A DNA stretch of 5,400 nt. It comes from Candidatus Iainarchaeum sp. GTDB lineage: Archaea; Iainarchaeota; Iainarchaeia; Iainarchaeales; 0-14-0-20-30-16. The DNA lies in the NCBI GenBank assembly GCA_903916665.1, contig CAIWXP010000104.1:1-5400 (forward strand). Direction: 5' to 3'. A program made the position numbers and the translations under genes. Shown in pieces: positions 1 to 4,354 of the stretch; position 1 is the stretch's first letter, and each line of letters opens with the position of its first letter. The notes beneath the pieces were generated by a model, which was not told where the DNA came from, did not search any database, and worked only from the letters and a program-made list of their open reading frames with translations.

Positions 1-2
1 AA

Positions 3-380
3 TTATTAGAAGAATTGGAAATTAGATATAGAATTGTTGTGGGTAATGGTTGCTACCAAATATCCAAGAATGATTCAACATTTGTAAAAAATACTACTGA
101 AATTCCTATAAAAGATATTGAAATATATATTCCAAATGGGTTTAGAAATTCTAAAAATGAACAATATCTAGAAGTCGTAGGGGCATCAATATTGGGAAAC
201 TTGCAAACAAATAGATTTAATATAACTTCTTCAAATGCCAAAGATTTGTGGTCTGGATGTACAGGAATAGGGCAAGAAAGATTAATTTATTCTTTTTTGG
301 CAAATTATGGGTTTGATAAAACTAAATGGCCTAAACTAATAAGAATGAATTATACTTTATTATATGGTGATAAAATATGA
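3..380 (+). CDS. serS: Seryl-tRNA synthetase-like class II aaRS, C-terminal catalytic-core fragment (5'-partial; N-terminus upstream of window)
   Basis: The frame is open from the window edge (pos 3, ..LLEELEIRYRIV..) to TGA 378-380, so the track's TTG at 15 is an artefact rather than the start. LLEELEIRYRIVVGNG, DIEIYIPNG, YLEVVGASILGNLQTNRFNI and DLWSGCTGIGQERLIYSFLANYGFDKTKWP parallel, from memory, four SerRS core blocks: LxxLxLPYRVV, DIEVWxP, EISSCSNxxDFQxRRxxIR, and class II motif 3 (GxGxGxxR). The Cys in WSGC (nt 258-260) lies about 40 aa from the C-terminus. That placement fits zinc-dependent methanogen-type SerRS or amino acid:carrier-protein ligases rather than the bacterial-type TLNGSG. 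Confidence 0.6.
   Translation, partial: LLEELEIRYRIVVGNGCYQISKNDSTFVKNTTEIPIKDIEIYIPNGFRNSKNEQYLEVVGASILGNLQTNRFNITSSNAKDLWSGCTGIGQERLIYSFLANYGFDKTKWPKLIRMNYTLLYGDKI
366..371 (+). promoter_or_regulatory. Shine-Dalgarno-like site (GGTGAT) for the radical SAM gene
   Basis: GGTGAT is complementary to the conserved 16S 3' end (..GAUCACCUCC). It sits 5 nt upstream of ATG 377, inside the end of the upstream gene. Confidence 0.45.
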
Positions 381-1066
381 ATAGTAATATAACCTATAGA
401 TTTTCTACCCCCGTTTACCCAGGAAATATACTCTATGTAAATATGGTTTCAAATTATAGTTGTACAAATGAATGTACATTCTGTTCTAGACCAAAAAACA
501 AAAAAGATTTTGGTAAAGAAACAATCTATGAACAAAAGGCAAGAACTAGTCTATACCTAAAAAAATCACCTAGTATTATTGAATTAAAAAAAGAAATTCA
601 AAAGAACATTAAAAAAGATGATAAAGAATTAGCAATAATTGGATTAGGAGAACCATTGTTATATTTGCCAAAGGTGTTACAAGTAATAAAATTTGTAAAA
701 ACTAAATACAATATTAAAACAAGAGTTGACACCAACGGATTAGCTAATTGTACTAATAAAAATCTAGCAAAAAGCCTGAAGACAGCAGGATTAGATGAAA
801 TAAGGATATCTTTGAATGCAATTAACGAACAAAATTACAATAAATTGTGCAAACCCAAGTATAAAAATGCATTTCCTAAGCTAATTGAATTTGTTAAAGC
901 ATGTATCAATGAAAAAATAGATACACATGTTAGTTTTGTTATTAATTACCAAAACAAAAAACTAAACATTGATACTAGCAATAAAAATGATTTTATTAAG
1001 TTTGCAAAGAGTTTGGGAATTAAAAAAGAAAATATAATTTTGAGAGAATATATTCCTGCAATTTAA
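377..1066 (+). CDS. Small radical SAM enzyme (229 aa), no SPASM or other auxiliary cluster domain evident
   Basis: Canonical CxxxCxxC cluster motif at C29-TNE-C33-TF-C36 (nt 461-484). A GGEP-type SAM-binding motif follows (IIGLGEPLLYL), then RVDTNG and IRISLNA beta-strand motifs typical of the radical SAM half-barrel. The ATG overlaps the upstream stop (ATGA at 377-380). It resembles the short stand-alone radical SAM families (activase-like or 'TatD-associated' type) from memory; the subfamily is not resolved. Confidence 0.85.
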   Translation: MNSNITYRFSTPVYPGNILYVNMVSNYSCTNECTFCSRPKNKKDFGKETIYEQKARTSLYLKKSPSIIELKKEIQKNIKKDDKELAIIGLGEPLLYLPKVLQVIKFVKTKYNIKTRVDTNGLANCTNKNLAKSLKTAGLDEIRISLNAINEQNYNKLCKPKYKNAFPKLIEFVKACINEKIDTHVSFVINYQNKKLNIDTSNKNDFIKFAKSLGIKKENIILREYIPAI

Positions 1067-1191
1067 TTTTTCAAACTAATTATAACAAATAAAATTTATC
1101 AAAAAACACTAATTTTTATTTATTTTTTATCAAAATAATAGAAAAGTATTTATATAATCAGTATATATTATCATTGCAAATGAAAAATTTG

Positions 1192-1199
1192 TTATAATT
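1192..1199 (+). promoter_or_regulatory. Candidate archaeal TATA box (TTATAATT) for the small basic-protein gene
   Basis: An A/T octamer centred about 26 nt upstream of ATG 1221. This is weak evidence on its own in so AT-rich a sequence. A GAGGT (1208-1212) 8 nt upstream of the ATG is an alternative signal (SD on a short leader). Confidence 0.3.
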
Positions 1200-1220
1200 T
1201 TTTTTGCGAGGTCGAGTAAG

Positions 1221-1364
1221 ATGGTTAAGAGAAAAGTTAAAAAAGCTGCTCCAAAAGCAGTTGCTAAAAAAGTAGTTGCTAAAAAACCTGCAGCTAAAAA
1301 GCCTGCAGTTAAAAAAGCAGCACCAAAAAGAAAAGCAGCTAAAAAAACAACAAAAAGAAAATAA
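1221..1364 (+). CDS. 47-aa Lys/Ala/Pro-rich basic protein, histone H1 C-terminal-tail-like / Hc-like nucleoid-associated candidate
   Basis: Hand translation from ATG 1221 to TAA 1362-1364 gives MVKRKVKKAAPKAVAKKVVAKKPAAKKPAVKKAAPKRKAAKKTTKRK. Supporting signals are the GAGGT 8 nt upstream, a TATA-like box at about -26, and a hairpin plus T7 immediately downstream. It is a locally GC-richer island built from GCN/CCN codons in an AT-rich genome. It is absent from the ORF track, probably because it is under 60 aa. Confidence 0.65.
   Translation: MVKRKVKKAAPKAVAKKVVAKKPAAKKPAVKKAAPKRKAAKKTTKRK
1257..1346 (+). repeat. Six imperfect tandem 15-nt units encoding pentapeptides of (A/V/P)(A/V)(A/V)KK type
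   Basis: The units read AVAKK (1257-1271), VVAKK (1272-1286), PAAKK (1287-1301), PAVKK (1302-1316), AAPKR (1317-1331) and KAAKK (1332-1346). They are visible at the DNA level as a recurring gctaaaaaa / cctgcag(c/t)taaaaa(a/g). Confidence 0.75.
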
Positions 1365-1383
1365 ATAGTTGCAAATGAATCGG

Positions 1384-1409
1384 AAGGGTGAAGAAATTCA
1401 CCTTTTTTT
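1384..1409 (+). terminator. Hairpin plus T-run terminator downstream of the small basic-protein gene
   Basis: GGTGAA (1387-1392) pairs with TTCACC (1397-1402) around a GAAA tetraloop. The stem is extendable by G-U and two A-T pairs (1384-1405) and runs into T7 (1403-1409), with a second T6 run a few nt later. It lies between the convergent genes ending at 1364 (+) and 1459 (-). Confidence 0.55.
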
Positions 1410-1458
1410 CTATTTTTTATAAAATTATAATTTCCTAGCAAAAATAATTAATTTATTG

Positions 1459-2415
1459 TTAAATCCCTAGAAAAGTTGTCTTATAGGTCTTATCTAATGT
1501 GAAGAAATTGTATTTCTCTATGATATTGGGAAATTTTAATTCTAAAGAATTCATTATTTGCTTAAAATGCTTATTATTTAAAGCATAAATCTCTATTTCT
1601 AAATCACTACCACCAATGGTTTTATCAAATTGAAAAATAAAAGGATTTGATTGACAAAATTTAAATATTTCATTATAACTATCAAAAGAATTCAAAGTAA
1701 TATTTGCTTTATAATATTTATAACCTAATTTATCCCAATTAATTAAAGGCTTATAACCTTGAATAACTTTCTTCTTTTCTAATAATTTAATTCTATTTAT
1801 TACAAACTGAGGGCTTTCATTAACTTCTTTTGCCAAATCAACAATTGATTTTCTAACATTGGGTGCCAATGCTTTTAATATTTTTAAATCTTTTTCATCA
1901 TGTTTAATTTCTTGTTCTGAACCTAAAATCATTGTTTTAGGTACATCAACGTTATTGGACAATAAAAATGTACAAGTAAAATGATATACTGGAGAATACA
2001 CACTTATATGATAATTATCAATATATTTCTTATAAATCATTAATTTTTCCCAAAATTTATGAAAATCAGTGGTGCTTTTAACAGTTACACCCACACCCAA
2101 ATCCCAAATATTATTTAATGTTATTAAATGAGCAACTTCATTTATTTGAGAAAAATAAGATATTATTTCTTGACGTTTTTTATCATCACAATTTCTAAAA
2201 TTAAAATAAATTCTATAGGTAGTATAGCCTAAAGTTGATGCATCAACTATTGGATAATATCCCAAAACATATTCTAATTGCTCTAATTTCTTTAATCTGT
2301 AGAGTGTTTTTTGTTTTGAGATTTTAATTTCCTTTGCTATTGTAGATAAAGGCAAACGAGCGTTTTTCTCCAAAGCATAGAGGAGTTTATAATCAAAACT
2401 ATCTAATTCTTGCAT
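1459..2415 (-). CDS. Lrp/AsnC-family transcriptional regulator, internally duplicated (two HTH_AsnC plus RAM-like units in one 318-aa chain)
   Basis: Unit 1 (aa 5-160) contains DSFDYKLLYALEKNARLPLSTIAKEIKISKQKTLYRLKKLEQLEYVLGYYPIVDASTLGY. Unit 2 (aa 173-318) contains DEKDLKILKALAPNVRKSIVDLAKEVNESPQFVINRIKLLEKKKVIQGYKPLINWDKLGY. Both fit the AsnC-type pattern D..D.kIL..L..naR.s...lA....S...v..Ri..Le..gvI.gY...i....lGy. Each is followed by about 85-95 aa of RAM-like beta-alpha-beta sequence. ATG at 2413-2415 (minus strand). Confidence 0.85.
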   Translation of the reverse strand: MQELDSFDYKLLYALEKNARLPLSTIAKEIKISKQKTLYRLKKLEQLEYVLGYYPIVDASTLGYTTYRIYFNFRNCDDKKRQEIISYFSQINEVAHLITLNNIWDLGVGVTVKSTTDFHKFWEKLMIYKKYIDNYHISVYSPVYHFTCTFLLSNNVDVPKTMILGSEQEIKHDEKDLKILKALAPNVRKSIVDLAKEVNESPQFVINRIKLLEKKKVIQGYKPLINWDKLGYKYYKANITLNSFDSYNEIFKFCQSNPFIFQFDKTIGGSDLEIEIYALNNKHFKQIMNSLELKFPNIIEKYNFFTLDKTYKTTFLGI

Positions 2416-2437
2416 ATTATATCAATATCAAAAATAA

Positions 2438-2445
2438 TATATAAA
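2438..2445 (-). promoter_or_regulatory. Candidate archaeal TATA box (TTTATATA on the minus strand) for the Lrp-like gene; implies a leaderless mRNA
   Basis: The reverse complement of 2438-2445 is TTTATATA, which matches the archaeal TTTAWATA consensus. It is centred about 26-27 nt upstream of the A of the ATG at 2415, and a purine-rich BRE-like AAAAGA lies just upstream on that strand. No SD is present. Confidence 0.45.
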
Positions 2446-2480
2446 TCTTTTGTTTTTGTATTAAAAAACTATAAAAAAGT

Positions 2481-2488
2481 AATATATA
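2481..2488 (+). promoter_or_regulatory. Candidate archaeal TATA box (AATATATA) for the methyltransferase cluster; implies a leaderless mRNA
   Basis: Centred about 26-27 nt upstream of ATG 2511 and preceded by the purine-rich AAAAAAGT. No correctly spaced SD is present. It mirrors the spacing of the divergent promoter at 2438-2445. Confidence 0.4.
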
Positions 2489-2510
2489 GTAAAAATAACC
2501 AAGAATAGGT

Positions 2511-3128
2511 ATGAAAAACAAAATAAAATCATTTTATAATAAAAATTTTAAGGACTATGACCAACACATGCAAAGAACAGGGCATTATAAGGCCCAAAAA
2601 AAGATAGTAAACTCGATAAGGCCCTACATAAAAGAGCCTATTTTAGATTTGGCTTGTGGAACAGGATATTTAATATCTTTATTAGCAAATAATGACAAAA
2701 GAATATTTGGGAACGATTTCTCAAAAAATATGCCTACAAAACTATTAAAACAATCACCCAACATAAAAATCACCACAAATAATGCAGAAACACTTAGATC
2801 CTACAAAATTAAATTCAATACATTAATTTCCTGTAATTTATTTTATTACATTCAAAATTATAATAAAGCAGTAAAAAAATGGACAAAATTATTAACAAAA
2901 AACGGAAAAATAATTTTAATTGAAGAATACCCATTTATAAGTACACAAATGAACAATAGTAAGAAACTATCTAAAGAATTAAAAGAAATTATAAAACCAA
3001 AAACAATCAAAGAAATAAACCATATTATGCTAACAAATAAATTTAAAATGATTAAAAAATACAAATGCAAAATAGACAATAAACACGATCTATACGCATT
3101 AATATTTGTAAAATTTGGAGATGATTAA
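2511..3128 (+). CDS. Class I SAM-dependent methyltransferase (Methyltransf_11/25-like, 205 aa)
   Basis: Motif I is ILDLACGTGYL, followed by the acidic post-I residue (FGNDFS), then LISCNLFYYI (motif IV region) and LLTKNGKIILIE (motif V/VI region). The substrate is not inferable. Confidence 0.85.
   Translation: MKNKIKSFYNKNFKDYDQHMQRTGHYKAQKKIVNSIRPYIKEPILDLACGTGYLISLLANNDKRIFGNDFSKNMPTKLLKQSPNIKITTNNAETLRSYKIKFNTLISCNLFYYIQNYNKAVKKWTKLLTKNGKIILIEEYPFISTQMNNSKKLSKELKEIIKPKTIKEINHIMLTNKFKMIKKYKCKIDNKHDLYALIFVKFGDD
3117..3120 (+). promoter_or_regulatory. Shine-Dalgarno-like GGAG for the ThrRS-editing-domain gene
   Basis: GGAG lies 9 nt upstream of ATG 3130, within the last codons of the methyltransferase gene. 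The methyltransferase stop TAA (3126-3128) is 1 nt before that ATG. Confidence 0.45.
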
Positions 3129-3129
3129 A

Positions 3130-3561
3130 ATGAAATGTTTGATTTGGTATTGTAAAGAGCTTTATATGGGCAATGTACACCCTTCGGAAAGAATAAAGGA
3201 AGAATTGGACAAAAAAGAATTAGATATTAATGAAAATAATATAATAATGCCTTGGGTTACCATAGAAACAGAAAATGATTATAATTACTTTGAAGATTTT
3301 TTAGAAACAATAAACGAAATGAAAAATCATTTCAACAGTAATAAAATTGCATTGACACCCTTTGCACATTTGGCTAATTCGCAAGTTTCTTTTAAAACAG
3401 CATTTAGAATTATTTGTGATTTGGAAGAATTTCTAAAACAAAAAGGATTTACTGTTATTAAAGGACACTTTGGTTCTGCAAAAGATTTGCGATTTTATAG
3501 TCCCGCGGATACAAAACAAGTGGTATTTAGAAGTTATCCAAAACCAGAATTTTTAAAATGA
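3130..3561 (+). CDS. Free-standing archaeal ThrRS-type N-terminal editing domain (tRNA-Thr_ED, DTD-like fold), 143 aa; putative aminoacyl-tRNA/ester deacylase
   Basis: The sequence aligns without gaps, from memory, to the Pyrococcus ThrRS N-terminal domain. The query is MKCLIWYCKE...IALTPFAHLANSQVSFKTAFRIICDLEEFLKQKGFTVIKGHFGSAKDLRFYSPADTKQVVFRSY. The reference is MRVLLIHSDY...[64 protein letters not shown]. Shared blocks are PFAHL, GF.V.K..FG..K and a trailing R, and the 143-aa length equals that domain. I prefer the start at ATG 3130 (SD at -9, abuts the upstream stop) over the track's TTG 3115 or ATG 3121. Confidence 0.7.
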   Translation: MKCLIWYCKELYMGNVHPSERIKEELDKKELDINENNIIMPWVTIETENDYNYFEDFLETINEMKNHFNSNKIALTPFAHLANSQVSFKTAFRIICDLEEFLKQKGFTVIKGHFGSAKDLRFYSPADTKQVVFRSYPKPEFLK

Positions 3562-3565
3562 AACT

Positions 3566-3573
3566 AATATAAA
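3566..3573 (+). promoter_or_regulatory. Candidate TATA box (AATATAAA) upstream of the TraB-like gene
   Basis: Centred about 26 nt upstream of ATG 3595. This supports ATG 3595 (leaderless) rather than the track's TTG 3574, which would lie inside or next to the box. AT-richness makes chance matches likely. Confidence 0.35.
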
Positions 3574-3594
3574 TTGGTAATTCCTAATAGTATT

Positions 3595-4323
3595 ATGCCT
3601 TATATCCCAAAACAAAAAACAGTTGATATCGAATTAATATCCTGGGCACATCATTTTACTTGGATAACACATCAAAAAATTTTAGAATATATTAGAACCA
3701 TTCCAAGAGGATCTATTTTAATAATGGAAATTACTCCTGAACAACAATCTAGATTTGAACAATTCTTAGAAGATCCTGAAAATTATAATGTTGGCCATTT
3801 ACAAGATGATAATTTTGAAAGAAATCAAAAGTTAATGAAACTATCTGGCTACGAATTATATTTGGAATGTTTAAAGAGAGATATTAAAGTAGTAAGAATT
3901 GAAGATTCTGTTTTAAGAAGAAAAATTACACAAATAAATGATAATGCAAAAAGTTGGGAAGATAATGAAGAAACTATGAAATATGTTTATGAACGGGATG
4001 AAATAATGGCCCGAAGAATTGCAGAAACAATAAAGCTATTTAAAAATAATAAATTTTATGTTTTAGCTGGAGGAAAACATATTCCAGGTATTTTATCCAG
4101 TTTAGAACAACAACAAATCCCAAACACCAAAATAAATATAACTGAAAATGAAGAATTAAAAAGAGTATATTTGAAAGAAAGAGAAATTGTAATCAACCAG
4201 GGAAGATTAACTGGGTTTAGAAATGATGCCCAAGCAAAATTAAAACAAGCCTACGCTAATTATAAAGCCACAAAAGAAAATAGATTAAGAAGAAGGTTAA
4301 CAAAAAGACAAAGACTTGCATAG
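3595..4323 (+). CDS. TraB/PrgY/GumN (Tiki/EreA/ChaN superfamily)-like protein with a basic C-terminal tail, 242 aa from ATG 3595
   Basis: The order of blocks matches TraB-family signatures from memory. DIELISWAHHF corresponds to i.LiGTAHvS (first GxxH-type motif, here SWAH). SILIMEITPEQ corresponds to DvVaVELc..R (conserved Glu). YERDEIMARRIAE corresponds to ERD.yMa. FYVLAGGKHIPGIL corresponds to vvGaGHl.Gi (second GxxH). The C-terminus NRLRRRLTKRQRLA is strongly basic. Confidence 0.6.
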   Translation: MPYIPKQKTVDIELISWAHHFTWITHQKILEYIRTIPRGSILIMEITPEQQSRFEQFLEDPENYNVGHLQDDNFERNQKLMKLSGYELYLECLKRDIKVVRIEDSVLRRKITQINDNAKSWEDNEETMKYVYERDEIMARRIAETIKLFKNNKFYVLAGGKHIPGILSSLEQQQIPNTKINITENEELKRVYLKEREIVINQGRLTGFRNDAQAKLKQAYANYKATKENRLRRRLTKRQRLA

Positions 4324-4326
4324 GGA

Positions 4327-4334
4327 TTTATAAA
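4327..4334 (+). promoter_or_regulatory. Candidate TATA box (TTTATAAA) upstream of the FGase-like gene
   Basis: A match to TTTAWATA-type boxes centred about 25 nt upstream of ATG 4355. There is no SD in the 31-nt spacer. Confidence 0.35.
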
Positions 4335-4354
4335 TTAATAATAATAAATATTTT

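Noticed and set aside
15-17. TTG start codons used by the ORF track at 15, 3115 and 3574
   Set aside because: The frame at 15 is open to the window edge, so the gene is 5'-partial. At 3115 a downstream ATG (3130) has an SD at -9 and abuts the upstream stop. At 3574 the TTG sits right after the TATA-like box, whereas ATG 3595 has the -26 spacing seen at other genes.
53-241. 62-aa minus-strand ORF inside the SerRS-like gene
   Set aside because: It lies entirely antisense to a frame with recognisable class II aaRS motifs. Its sequence is hydrophobic and low in information, as is typical of shadow ORFs in AT-rich DNA.
489-505. Long A-runs inside coding regions (e.g. ccaaaaaacaaaaaaga in the radical SAM gene, and many elsewhere) as programmed frameshift or phase-variation sites
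   Set aside because: A-runs are ubiquitous here because of Lys (AAA) codon usage. The frames stay intact across them, and no alternative-frame ORF continues from them.
1174-1198. Possible bacterial sigma70 promoter (TTGCAA ... TATAAT) upstream of the small basic-protein gene
   Set aside because: The spacer between the hexamers is only 13 nt, against an optimum near 17. The gene content argues for an archaeon, so the TATAAT is better read as part of a TATA box at -26.
1067-1220. 154-nt intergenic region as a possible ncRNA or riboswitch
   Set aside because: It is almost pure A/T with no GC-supported helices or conserved-looking motifs. Its content (T-runs after the radical SAM gene, then TATA-like boxes) is explained by termination and promoter functions.
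1130-1441. 103-aa minus-strand ORF from the track (…FLAAFLFGAAFLTAGFLAAGFLATTFLATAFGAAFL…)
   Set aside because: Its low-complexity Phe/Leu/Ala core is the mirror image of the plus-strand AKK repeat codons (GCT AAA AAA versus TTT TTT AGC). It spans the terminator hairpin and the upstream promoter region and has no start context. The plus-strand reading has ATG, an SD-like site, a TATA-like box and a terminator.
2435-2488. 9-bp direct repeat TAATATATA (2435-2443, 2480-2488) and tandem ATATCA ATATCA (2419-2430) as Lrp operator sites
   Set aside because: These are low-complexity A/T strings that coincide with the TATA boxes themselves. In this composition they cannot be distinguished from chance without binding data. 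I mention them only under the promoter finding.
2858-3079. 73-aa minus-strand ORF inside the methyltransferase gene
   Set aside because: It is antisense to a well-supported methyltransferase frame. Its Ile/Phe/Leu-rich translation is the expected complement of Lys/Asn/Glu-rich coding sequence.
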